In this document: positions 5,159 to 13,697 of the stretch, piece by piece
How the letters are laid out: each line of letters begins with the position of its first letter
Position numbering within the stretch: the first letter of the stretch is position 1
IMG/VR virus record: IMGVR_UViG_3300007177_000042
Source of the DNA: a virus
Lineage: Duplodnaviria > Caudoviricetes
Direction: 5' to 3' (one strand)
DNA: 64,000 nucleotides
The notes under the pieces: generated by a model
Databases searched by the model: none
What the model was told of the DNA's origin: nothing
What the model saw: only the letters and a program-made list of their open reading frames with translations
Made by a program: the position numbers and the translations under genes

Positions 5159-5167
5159 TGTTTTCTT

Positions 5168-5196
5168 TTGACAAACACTATATATTGGTGTATGTT
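5168..5196 (+). promoter_or_regulatory. sigma70-like promoter
   Basis: TTGACA-N17-TATGTT. Confidence 0.6.
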
Positions 5197-5204
5197 GTTT
5201 TTAT

Positions 5205-5279
5205 GGGCTGGTGGTGCTAATGGTAACACAACTCGTTTGCACCGAGTGGTTAGGAGTTCGATTCTCCTCCGGTCCACCA
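5205..5279 (+). tRNA. trnA: tRNA-Ala(TGC)
   Basis: G3:U70, ACTCG/CGAGT stem, loop TT-TGC-AC, CCA. Confidence 0.9.
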
Positions 5280-5289
5280 ATTTTAGAGC

Positions 5290-5363
5290 GCGGGTATGAT
5301 GTAGTGGTAGCCTGCAACCTTGCCAAGGTCGATGTGCCGGTTCGATTCCGGCTACCCGCTCCA
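5290..5363 (+). tRNA. trnG: tRNA-Gly(GCC)
   Basis: GCGGGTA/TACCCGC acceptor, loop TT-GCC-AA, U73, CCA. Confidence 0.92.
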
Positions 5364-5371
5364 AACTTAAC

Positions 5372-5400
5372 AAGGCCTGTATTACACAGGCCTTTTTTTT
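5372..5400 (+). terminator. intrinsic terminator ending the tRNA array
   Basis: AAGGCCTGT...ACAGGCCTT followed by a T run. Confidence 0.85.
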
Positions 5401-5412
5401 ATGTAAAATGTT

Positions 5413-6159
5413 ATGACATGCGATGTTGGCGCAGTAGCGATAGTTTATCAAAAACAAGTACAGTCTAGTATCGAAATGATAAAATCATTTCGACAAAACA
5501 ATCAATCATCTACGATAGTGTTATGTACGGATGGATTGGTTGATGAGATTGACGATATATGTAAAGAATATTCGTGTTCAGCGGTGATCAATCACAATCA
5601 ATTGGGTTATCCAGCCAGTCATGATATTGAAATTCCAATCGAATATTTTCGTAGGTTATTATTGGCGTCACAATTGATATCAGAAAAATACTTCATAAAC
5701 CTTGAGCCAGATTGTTTGGTAACAGGAAAAATAACGATACCATATGAGGATTATGATTTCATCATCAACCAAGATCCAACTGTACAGTGGTTATATTACT
5801 TTGAGGGAAAAGACATTCTACGATCTTCAATCATTGATAATGTTTTGAACTACTACAAAAATAACAACGTTTATAGCGAACAGCTATTTGACAAAATAAT
5901 GGGTGGGGGAGGCGACATTTACAACAAGAATATAACGGACAAAATATTACATGAATGGCAATTGTTTAAAACCCGTGCATACGATTTTAAACATTTATGT
6001 GAATCTGCACAAAAAGTATGGTATCATGACATGATTGTATCGTTTCAGGTCCCCTTTCATTGCAAATCAAGATACTGGGGTATAGATTATGCAGAACGAA
6101 CAAAGGATTTGAATTTGTCAGACAGAATTTTTCATAGGTGTAAGCAGTTTTACACATAA
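5413..6159 (+). CDS. hypothetical protein, possibly GT-A fold glycosyltransferase
   Basis: IVLCTDG and FINLEPDCLV (DxD-like) motifs; family call is weak. Confidence 0.45.
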   Translation: MTCDVGAVAIVYQKQVQSSIEMIKSFRQNNQSSTIVLCTDGLVDEIDDICKEYSCSAVINHNQLGYPASHDIEIPIEYFRRLLLASQLISEKYFINLEPDCLVTGKITIPYEDYDFIINQDPTVQWLYYFEGKDILRSSIIDNVLNYYKNNNVYSEQLFDKIMGGGGDIYNKNITDKILHEWQLFKTRAYDFKHLCESAQKVWYHDMIVSFQVPFHCKSRYWGIDYAERTKDLNLSDRIFHRCKQFYT

Positions 6160-6180
6160 AATTCAATGGAATGAACGATC

Positions 6181-6208
6181 TTGACATCACACAACAAAAG
6201 TGTAAGAT
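6181..6208 (+). promoter_or_regulatory. sigma70-like promoter upstream of tmRNA
   Basis: TTGACA-N16-TAAGAT. Confidence 0.5.
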
Positions 6209-6266
6209 AGAATTTGAATACGATCCAAATATGTGATAATAGTTATTAACGGTTCTTTTACAATAT

Positions 6267-6650
6267 GGGCGTGTACTGGTTTCGATTCAAAAATGTAGGT
6301 GTGCTAGGCACGTAGAGGACGATAGTTGGCCTCTTTAATCATCTATCAAAATATAACTGCTAACAAGAAGAGCAAAGTAGTAAGCTACGACTTCACTTCC
6401 CGTGAGGCCGTTGCTCTCGCAGCCTAAGTTGCTGCACATCTTTTATGATGATGTCTGATAATTGTAAAAGATGATAAACATCAGGCTAGATAACAATTTG
6501 TTTGGGATTGTTGTTGATCTTCTACCAGACACCATCAACATAAAGTTTGTTGTTTTAGATTTGTGTTGATGTAACAAAAAACAACTAAGCGTGTAGTCTG
6601 GTATACTTTAAGTTTTGAAGACGCGAGTTCGACTCTCGCCACGTCCACCA
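6267..6650 (+). ncRNA. ssrA: tmRNA; tag peptide ANKKSKVVSYDFTSREAVALAA
   Basis: 5' GGGCGTGTACTGGTTTCGA, 3' GCGAG-TTCGACT-CTCGC-CACGTCCACCA with G3:U; tag ORF 6359-6427 after ATAACT, ending ALAA-stop. Confidence 0.93.
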
Positions 6651-6706
6651 ATTTTCTTTATTTTCTGTTTTGGTTATACTAGTTATATCTAGAAAGGTTA
6701 TTAACT

Positions 6707-6895
6707 ATGGCAAGTTCCAAAGCGGATATACAAAAAAAGGTGTATGAGTTGACAGAAAAACTCATTTTCACAAAAAAAGATTTTAAGGATGTAGCATCTG
6801 GTTACAAAGAAAAAATCAAAGAGTTAGAAAACGAAATTAAAGCGTTGGTTGAAGAGGCTGAATCAACATCACCAACTTCTACTACATCAAGTTAA
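6707..6895 (+). CDS. small coiled-coil hypothetical protein
   Basis: 62-aa ORF with AGAAAGG RBS. Confidence 0.7.
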   Translation: MASSKADIQKKVYELTEKLIFTKKDFKDVASGYKEKIKELENEIKALVEEAESTSPTSTTSS

Positions 6896-6902
6896 TTTTA
6901 AC

Positions 6903-7055
6903 GATTGATTGTCTCAACAAATGGCCCTAAGTATGGATACATGGGCGCAACTTGACAAAAAAAGTAAAAACTTAAGTTGTTTTGAAAGTCGAGTAAGGTG
7001 TCTTACACCGAGAGGTAAGATATGAATTTGACGAGATTCAAATAGACAATTGATT
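6903..7055 (+). ncRNA. orphan structured element F
   Basis: 12-bp closing stem GATTGATTGTCT/AGACAATTGATT around four hairpins. Confidence 0.4.
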
Positions 7056-7095
7056 GTATGCCACAAATGAAAATTTGTGGCTTTATTATTTTCAT

Positions 7096-7368
7096 ATGAA
7101 AGAATTTCCAAATCATTATTCTAAATGTGACTGTTCTGGTCATTTGTTAGAAATTGAAAGATATTATTATACCGATAGTGACAAAGGATTCCAAATAACG
7201 ACGTGGAATCTAGGTTTATCCACCAAAAAATTGTCATACTTAGAAAGGTTACGATGGATTTGGCAAATACTTACCAAAGGAACTCTTTGGACCGATTATG
7301 TGATGATTTCGGATGACAGTGCCAAAAAACTAGCACGATTTATCGATGAACACATAAATTCCAAATAA
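7096..7368 (+). CDS. hypothetical protein
   Basis: ORF with CDCSGH motif; ATG 7096 preferred over the track start 7054. Confidence 0.7.
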   Translation: MKEFPNHYSKCDCSGHLLEIERYYYTDSDKGFQITTWNLGLSTKKLSYLERLRWIWQILTKGTLWTDYVMISDDSAKKLARFIDEHINSK

Positions 7369-7376
7369 TTATATTC

Positions 7377-7685
7377 ATGAAAATAGTAGTAAATCGATCA
7401 AAGGGAGAAAAAATGGGATACAAACTTTCACAAGAAGCATGTGATATGTTGGGCGTTAAAGATCCTTACAGTTTTTATCTACAAGAAGACCGAACTAATC
7501 CTGATCTGATTAAGATCGTTGAGTTTTTACAAGAACGTGCTAATGGTGATACTGCTGATCTAAGAATCATTGAAGTGCCAGATGAATTAGAAACTAAGGA
7601 TGATGAAGGACGTAGAGTGCGTCACTGGCATATGAGTGATACTATGGGATTTGAGGTCATTCGAGAAAATCATAGATTTTGGTGA
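7377..7685 (+). CDS. hypothetical phage protein
   Basis: RTNPDLIKIVE...LRIIEVP...GFEVIRENHRFW pattern, recalled from large phages. Confidence 0.75.
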   Translation: MKIVVNRSKGEKMGYKLSQEACDMLGVKDPYSFYLQEDRTNPDLIKIVEFLQERANGDTADLRIIEVPDELETKDDEGRRVRHWHMSDTMGFEVIRENHRFW

Positions 7686-7693
7686 GAATGAAG

Positions 7694-7721
7694 TTGACAT
7701 TCAAAACATTCGTGGTATACT
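7694..7721 (+). promoter_or_regulatory. sigma70-like promoter
   Basis: TTGACA-N16-TATACT. Confidence 0.65.
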
Positions 7722-7771
7722 GTAAGTATAAATCGTAGTAACAACATTAACTATAACACAATACAAAAGTT

Positions 7772-7960
7772 ATGTCTGATACAAAAAACAAAAAGTATGT
7801 AGTTGTCCGTAGCGGGCTTAGGGTTTCTGATTTGGAGTATGATACTCCGAGTGATGCAGCCACTGAAGCAGAACATTGGAAGTCTATTATCAAGCGATGG
7901 CCAGATGGGTCGGTCATTGAGGTTGTAGAGAAGGACGAAAAGAAGCACCGCGTATACTAA
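7772..7960 (+). CDS. small hypothetical protein
   Basis: 62-aa ORF after the promoter. Confidence 0.75.
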   Translation: MSDTKNKKYVVVRSGLRVSDLEYDTPSDAATEAEHWKSIIKRWPDGSVIEVVEKDEKKHRVY

Positions 7961-7964
7961 AAAT

Positions 7965-8189
7965 ATGGGTCTACGAGAACAAATTAAACAAACGGAATCG
8001 GAAGAACAAATTGTAGCCCTTCTTAAGGCTGCTCAAAAATATAAGTTTGCTTCCGAGCGAACCAAACGGTCATGGAAGTCTACTGCAAAATATCGAATTG
8101 CACAATTGACTTCTTCGGACATCGCACAAGAGGCTTCAGCAGAAGCTACTTCTTCTTCTAAGAAGAGTTCCAAGAAAAAGAACAAGTAA
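7965..8189 (+). CDS. small basic hypothetical protein
   Basis: 74-aa ORF, Lys/Ser-rich tail. Confidence 0.75.
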   Translation: MGLREQIKQTESEEQIVALLKAAQKYKFASERTKRSWKSTAKYRIAQLTSSDIAQEASAEATSSSKKSSKKKNK

Positions 8190-8211
8190 TCAATCAAAAT
8201 ACTACGATTTG

Positions 8212-8243
8212 AAAAACGTCACCCAACGGTGACGTTTTTTTTT
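8212..8243 (+). terminator. intrinsic terminator
   Basis: AAAAACGTCACC-CAAC-GGTGACGTTTTT plus T tract. Confidence 0.85.
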
Positions 8244-8291
8244 ATTTAAGCAACAGTAGTTAAGACAATATTTATGTTCGATACTGTTAAT

Positions 8292-8609
8292 ATGCCTAGA
8301 AAAGCAAAACCAAAACCGTTTGTTCTTCCATCTGATTTCAAAGAATTAAATACGTATGTTGTTGATCATAAAAAGGAATTGATGGAAAAGGTGATCTCGT
8401 CAATTGAATTTGCTCTAGAAAAAAATATTCCGGTTGTAGAGGTCTTCGGGTTTACAAACTCAGATTTTGTTGTAGCGATTTCACAAAGCGAATTCCGCAA
8501 CAACATAACTCATATATACAATTTTTACATTCAAAACGAATGGTATGAATTGTGTGGAAGAGTTAAGAAAGTTGAATCGTTATTGGATACCAAACTTAAA
8601 AACCGATGA
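8292..8609 (+). CDS. hypothetical protein
   Basis: Start moved to ATG 8292, downstream of the AATATTTATG motif. Confidence 0.7.
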   Translation: MPRKAKPKPFVLPSDFKELNTYVVDHKKELMEKVISSIEFALEKNIPVVEVFGFTNSDFVVAISQSEFRNNITHIYNFYIQNEWYELCGRVKKVESLLDTKLKNR

Positions 8610-9331
8610 AAAAAAATAAAAATCGTGCGGATACGAGTCCAACAGTCCCTCAGAAACACAAAATCAAAAATGAAATCGACATACATGAACGAGAATTAAA
8701 CGAAAAACAAAAACAATTTTTAGAACTCACGCTGGATAAAAAAACAAAACTGATGTTTGTAAGTGGTCCGGCTGGAACATCAAAAACGTACATGGCGATT
8801 TTGTCAGCGTTAAAGTTGATGAATGAAAAAAAGGTAAGTGATTTGTTGTATTTAAGAAGTGCTGTAGAGAGTTCGGATAGCAAGATTGGATTTCTTCCGG
8901 GAGAGGCTAATGAAAAAATGGCACCATACATTCAACCTCTTATAGAGAAACTTACCGAACTTACAAACAAAGCCACTATAGATTGGTTGCAAAAAGAAGA
9001 ACGTATTGAAAGCATTCCTATTGGTTTTTTGAGAGGATTAAACTGGAATGCAAGGTGTATTGTTGCAGATGAAGCACAAAATATGACTTACAAAGAACTT
9101 GTCACTCTTGTAACCCGTGTTGGAGAGTTCAGCAAAGTCTTTGTGATTGGAGATCCTGAACAAAGTGATATCAATTTGAAAAGCGGATTTGTTAAAATGA
9201 TAAGTAATTTCGACGATGAAGAAAGTCGTGCCAATGGAATTCATGTTTTTGAATTTACAGAGGACGACATCGTTAGAAGCGAACTTGTCAAGTTCATAAT
9301 CAAGAAACTTAAACAAATACACAAATCATGA
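8606..9331 (+). CDS. phoH: PhoH-family ATPase
   Basis: GPAGTSKT Walker A, IGFLPG, FLRG, IVADEAQN, TRVGE, GDPEQSD, DIVRS. Confidence 0.93.
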   Translation: MKKNKNRADTSPTVPQKHKIKNEIDIHERELNEKQKQFLELTLDKKTKLMFVSGPAGTSKTYMAILSALKLMNEKKVSDLLYLRSAVESSDSKIGFLPGEANEKMAPYIQPLIEKLTELTNKATIDWLQKEERIESIPIGFLRGLNWNARCIVADEAQNMTYKELVTLVTRVGEFSKVFVIGDPEQSDINLKSGFVKMISNFDDEESRANGIHVFEFTEDDIVRSELVKFIIKKLKQIHKS

Positions 9332-9804
9332 CTATAACAGATATCTCCCCGTCCACCGCTGTTGGTGGTCAATGGATTTACATTCAAGGATCTGATTTTG
9401 ATTTAACAAATACTCAGGTCTATTTTGGAACCGTACAATGTGTGGTATACGTCATAACATCAACAAGTACGATTGCCGCGATGGTTCCTGATGGATGTCC
9501 TTCGACCTGTAACATTAAGATTGTTGATGGGCTAAATGAAGTTGTCAGTTCGATGACATTTTCTCTAGCCACTATAACACAACCACCGATCATAGATTCC
9601 GTATATATCGATGTGGATACAGATTGGGTTGGTGTGATAGGAGATAACTTTGTTTGGAACAACACCACAATTACAATTGACGAACAACCTTTTACTGCAT
9701 CGGTTGATGCTCCATCAATATGTGGCGCTCGAAAGGACATTTCATTAACCGTGACTTCTGTTGTCATTCAAACACCATATGGATCCGTCACACATTCTGT
9801 TTAA
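9328..9804 (+). CDS. IPT/TIG (Ig-like) domain protein
   Basis: ITDISPS...GGQWIYIQGSDF...VYFG pattern, partly repeated in a second domain. Confidence 0.7.
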   Translation: MTITDISPSTAVGGQWIYIQGSDFDLTNTQVYFGTVQCVVYVITSTSTIAAMVPDGCPSTCNIKIVDGLNEVVSSMTFSLATITQPPIIDSVYIDVDTDWVGVIGDNFVWNNTTITIDEQPFTASVDAPSICGARKDISLTVTSVVIQTPYGSVTHSV

Positions 9805-9810
9805 ACAAAA

Positions 9811-9839
9811 TTGACTAATGTCGTATCCCATATTAGAGT
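9811..9839 (+). promoter_or_regulatory. sigma70-like promoter
   Basis: TTGACT-N17-TAGAGT. Confidence 0.5.
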
Positions 9840-9848
9840 GTATGGGAT

Positions 9849-10511
9849 ATGACAAAAACCTACACAGAAAAACAACTAGCGGATAATTACGAAAAGTTTA
9901 TAAAGCAACTTTCTACATATTTTAGTGGAGAAAGACTTGCAAAACTACAACATCTTTATAGCGAAGATGAGTTTGGATATAGACTTATCATGGCACCAGC
10001 AAGTGCTCGTGAGCATTTTCACAACGCATATCCCGGCGGATATCTTGACCACATCAACAATGTGTTGACAACGTGTTTCGGTGTTAAAAAGTTATACGAA
10101 GTCCGTGGAGGAACAATCGACTTCACAGATGAAGAGTTAGCATTTGCAGCAATTCATCACGATCTTGGAAAGTTGGGTGACAAGGAGCAAGGTGAATACT
10201 ACCTTCCACAAGACAGTGATTGGCATCGTAAAAACAAGGGTGAAATTTACAAGTTTAATCCATCCTTGCAGTATATGGATGTCACAGACAGAGCATTGTT
10301 TATTCTACAACAGTATGGTGTTGTATGTACTTGGAAGGAGACATTAGCAATTAAATTATCTGATGGATTGTATCATGAGGCCAACACTTCATACTTAAAG
10401 TCATATAATCCAGAACACGAACTGAAGACAAATCTTCCTAGAATTGTTCATATCGGAGACTATATCAGTTGTAGGTGTGAATGGGATCAGTGGAAGATTC
10501 AAAACGATTAA
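9849..10511 (+). CDS. HD-domain phosphohydrolase
   Basis: HNAYPGGYLDH, IHHDLGK, HIGD metal-binding motifs. Confidence 0.85.
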   Translation: MTKTYTEKQLADNYEKFIKQLSTYFSGERLAKLQHLYSEDEFGYRLIMAPASAREHFHNAYPGGYLDHINNVLTTCFGVKKLYEVRGGTIDFTDEELAFAAIHHDLGKLGDKEQGEYYLPQDSDWHRKNKGEIYKFNPSLQYMDVTDRALFILQQYGVVCTWKETLAIKLSDGLYHEANTSYLKSYNPEHELKTNLPRIVHIGDYISCRCEWDQWKIQND

Positions 10512-10514
10512 AAT

Positions 10515-11810
10515 ATGGAAGACGAATCAATATTTGTACAAATAGCATCTTATAGGGACCCTGAGTTAGTGCCAACCATAATGGATATGTTTGCGTCAGC
10601 AGACAATCCAGAATTGTTACACGTTTGTATCTGTTGGCAACACGACGACTCTGAAAATCTTGATGTTTTAAAATCGTATTCAAATATTGAAATCATTGAT
10701 GTTCCTTACTATGAAAGTAAAGGAGCATGTTGGGCACGAAACCAAATTCAACGTCGTTATGATGGCGAACGATATACGCTTCAGTTGGATTCACATCATA
10801 GGTTTGTTAACGGATGGGATACTATACTGAAGTCGATGTATAACCAATGTAAGAGTATGGGCAGTGAAAAACCTTTAATTACTGCCTATATTCCCGCTTT
10901 TAATCCGTTTGATGATAAAGACTCGTATGAAACAATTCCATGGAAAATGAACTTTCATAAGTTTTTACCAGACGGACCAGTGTTTTTTGTTCCATCTCCT
11001 ATAGATGACCACGAACTGTTGGACGCGCCCATTCCTGCTAGATTTTATTCAGCACATTTTGCATTTGCTGATGGTAAATTTGCTGAGGAAGTGCGACACG
11101 ATCCTGAATTTTATTTCTACGGAGAAGAAATTAGCATAGCAGTTAGAGCGTTTACTCATGGATATGATTTATATCACCCTCACAAAGTGATATGTTGGCA
11201 TGAATATACTCGATCCGCGAGGTTCAAACACTGGGATGACCATGATAAATCTAAACAAGACATGAAGGGTATAAAAAAATCTTGGTGGGAAAGAGATCAT
11301 CACAGTCAGAAAAGAAATCGTGTGTTGTTTGGTATGGAACAAGACGATGACATAAAAATCAAAGAAAGATATAATTTTGGAACGTCACGTACTCTGCAAG
11401 ACTATGAAAGATATGCTGGGGTAAACTTCAAAAATAAAGAAGTGAGTGTTTATACATTGATGGGTAAGCCCGCACCTACACCGTATAACGAAAATTATGT
11501 ACCGGGTGAAGATCCACAATCATTGCAAATTGTTACAATCAACAAAGAAGTAACAATAGATCTCAATATTCTTCATAACAGTATATTACAAAAAATAACT
11601 GTTAATGTGTATGATAAACAAAATCGATTGATCACAACGAAAATGTTCAATTCACAAATAATAAACGTTTGGAGACTATCAAAGAATCCAATTTCTTATT
11701 TTGAGACGATTGATGTATTATCCAATAATCAAGAATTGACATACGAACTAGTCGGTTATGACATTTCTAACAGAACTGTTATGTCGATTAAAAAAAATTT
11801 TGATGCTTGA
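10515..11810 (+). CDS. GlcNAc-transferase-like glycosyltransferase (GT60/Skp1 Gnt1-like)
   Basis: SIFVQIASYRDPE, GACWAR, LQLDSHHRF, FYGEEISIAVRAFTHGYDLYHP. Confidence 0.8.
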   Translation: MEDESIFVQIASYRDPELVPTIMDMFASADNPELLHVCICWQHDDSENLDVLKSYSNIEIIDVPYYESKGACWARNQIQRRYDGERYTLQLDSHHRFVNGWDTILKSMYNQCKSMGSEKPLITAYIPAFNPFDDKDSYETIPWKMNFHKFLPDGPVFFVPSPIDDHELLDAPIPARFYSAHFAFADGKFAEEVRHDPEFYFYGEEISIAVRAFTHGYDLYHPHKVICWHEYTRSARFKHWDDHDKSKQDMKGIKKSWWERDHHSQKRNRVLFGMEQDDDIKIKERYNFGTSRTLQDYERYAGVNFKNKEVSVYTLMGKPAPTPYNENYVPGEDPQSLQIVTINKEVTIDLNILHNSILQKITVNVYDKQNRLITTKMFNSQIINVWRLSKNPISYFETIDVLSNNQELTYELVGYDISNRTVMSIKKNFDA

Positions 11811-11920
11811 TTTTTCCGTTTGAACAATATATATTACCGGTGATGAATATGTCATCCATTTACGCTCATTATGAGGTAGATGAATAGGTCTATAAAGACT
11901 ATTAACAAAAGGAATAAAAT

Positions 11921-12379
11921 ATGAATAACATTGAAAGATATTCGTTTGATAGAGATGAGTTTTTGACTCCATTCGATAGTTTGTTTGATAGAGTGTTTGG
12001 ATCACAGATTCCTAGTTTCTCCAAGGAATTCGGTCCCGACTTTTTCCAAAAGGGATCATATCCGAAGGTAAACGTGATCGATTATAAGAATCACATTGAG
12101 ATTGTGGCGGAAATTCCCGGATTGTCTAAGGATAATGTAACCGTTAATGTTCAAGGAAATACGTTGACTATTTCGGGTACAAAGACTAATTCCGGAAAAG
12201 AAGAAGGATTGTATATTTTACGTGAATTGAAGCATTCTTCATTTAAACGTAGTTTCTCGTTGGGGGAGAATATTGATACGGAAAATATTGATGCAGCGTT
12301 TGATAATGGTATTTTGAAGGTCACGCTCAAAAAAGTGGTTCCTTCCAAACCAGATGTTCGAAAAATTGAAATCAAGTAA
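11921..12379 (+). CDS. small heat shock protein (Hsp20/alpha-crystallin)
   Basis: PKVNV...AEIPGLSKDNV, FKRSFSL, AAFDNGILKVTL, C-terminal IEI motif. Confidence 0.92.
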   Translation: MNNIERYSFDRDEFLTPFDSLFDRVFGSQIPSFSKEFGPDFFQKGSYPKVNVIDYKNHIEIVAEIPGLSKDNVTVNVQGNTLTISGTKTNSGKEEGLYILRELKHSSFKRSFSLGENIDTENIDAAFDNGILKVTLKKVVPSKPDVRKIEIK

Positions 12380-12404
12380 ATCAACTAAATAAAGTTATAT
12401 TCCG

Positions 12405-12432
12405 AAACCCCACCCTAAAAGGTGGGGTTTTT
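12405..12432 (+). terminator. intrinsic terminator
   Basis: AAACCCCACC-CTAAAA-GGTGGGGTTT plus T tract. Confidence 0.85.
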
Positions 12433-12455
12433 CCTTTTTGTATATATTTATTGGT

Positions 12456-13475
12456 ATGAAAAAATATCTATTGAATTTCAATAATCTGTTGGGGTTTTCT
12501 GCGTTGTTCGTTGCAGCATGCGCAGCTTTTTTCTCCATATGGGGTATTGGTCTATTGTTTTCAGGGGCGTCTATATCATCGATGATTATGGCATCGTCTT
12601 TGGAGTTGGGTAAATTAGTGGCGACATCGTTTTTGTATAGGTTCTGGAAACGAACACAGTCGTTGTTGAAAACATATTTGTGTATTGCTGTTGTTGTATT
12701 GATGGGAATTACATCTCTTGGTATTTTTGGATACCTTACAAGCGCATATCAACAATCATCAGTTCAATATTCAATGATGCAAGATCAAATTATTACTTTG
12801 GAATCTCAAAAAAAATCATATGTTGAAAAAATAGATGATGTTAAAAAGAGAATCGAATCTCTTTCTGTGTTGCGTAAAAATCAGGAAGATCGATTGAGTC
12901 AAGTAAATACAAATACGTTATTGGCTCGAAATATTATTCAATTTCGTCAAGTTCAAGATCAAACAATGGAGTTGATTGATCAAACAGATAAGAACATCAA
13001 AACAGAAAATGACAAATCACAAAATTTCCTATCTGAGATAGAAGCAATAGATAAGAAAATCAATGATGTTAAATTATCGTCTTCTTCTGCCAAAGATATT
13101 CAGACATTTAAGTTTGTTGCTGATGCTATGAACGTGGATCTAAATACTGTAGTAAAATGGTTTATTTTGATTTTGATTTTTGTATTTGATCCTTTGGCGG
13201 TGGCATTAGTTTTGGCTTACAATGTTGCTATGGCTAAAGAATATGCTATATATAGTGATACAGATGATGGTGAAATTCCGTCAACCGTTTCATCTTCAGC
13301 CATGGATATAAAACCACAAGAAAATACATCTACTCAAACAGAACCGTCTACACCACCAGTCCAACCTTCGGTGGAATCCCAATCGACGATTGAATCTCAA
13401 CAACCGATTGCATCCACTCCTACAGAAAAATCAAAACAGGACGAGTTTTTTAAGCTCAATTTTGCACATCGGTAA
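12456..13475 (+). CDS. membrane protein: N-terminal TM helices, coiled coil, C-terminal TM, Pro/Thr-rich tail
   Basis: Hydrophobic segments, FVFDPLAVAL motif; start set at ATG 12456 after TATATTTATT. Confidence 0.8.
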   Translation: MKKYLLNFNNLLGFSALFVAACAAFFSIWGIGLLFSGASISSMIMASSLELGKLVATSFLYRFWKRTQSLLKTYLCIAVVVLMGITSLGIFGYLTSAYQQSSVQYSMMQDQIITLESQKKSYVEKIDDVKKRIESLSVLRKNQEDRLSQVNTNTLLARNIIQFRQVQDQTMELIDQTDKNIKTENDKSQNFLSEIEAIDKKINDVKLSSSSAKDIQTFKFVADAMNVDLNTVVKWFILILIFVFDPLAVALVLAYNVAMAKEYAIYSDTDDGEIPSTVSSSAMDIKPQENTSTQTEPSTPPVQPSVESQSTIESQQPIASTPTEKSKQDEFFKLNFAHR

Positions 13476-13554
13476 AAAATTTTGTAGGTTTCTAAAACGA
13501 ATCACTATTTAAGTACATCTAAATGAGATACACATCATCGGCATTCCCCTTAGT

Positions 13555-13695
13555 ATGAATCAACAAGAAATTTGTGAAATAGTTGACATGTTAGCTGACG
13601 CAATAAAAACCAAAGATTGGGAATTGGTTGATGAAGCTTTAATGTATATTAAAGACTATTGCCCAGACTATGATGAAGATATAGAAGAGGAGTGA
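13555..13695 (+). CDS. small acidic hypothetical protein (46 aa, MNQQEICEIVDM...)
   Basis: Translated by hand; abuts the next gene. Confidence 0.6.
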   Translation: MNQQEICEIVDMLADAIKTKDWELVDEALMYIKDYCPDYDEDIEEE

Positions 13696-13697
13696 TT

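Noticed and set aside
1496-5468. Track ORFs overlapping the tRNA array and RNase P RNA (1496+, 2254-, 2366+, 3196-, 3304+, 4340-, 5020-, 5033+, 5211+)
   Set aside because: They run through clear tRNA or RNase P genes and have no recognisable protein features; chance open frames in GC-richer RNA genes
7013-7030. AAGATAT resembling a group I intron S element
   Set aside because: No matching P, Q or R elements and no interrupted gene
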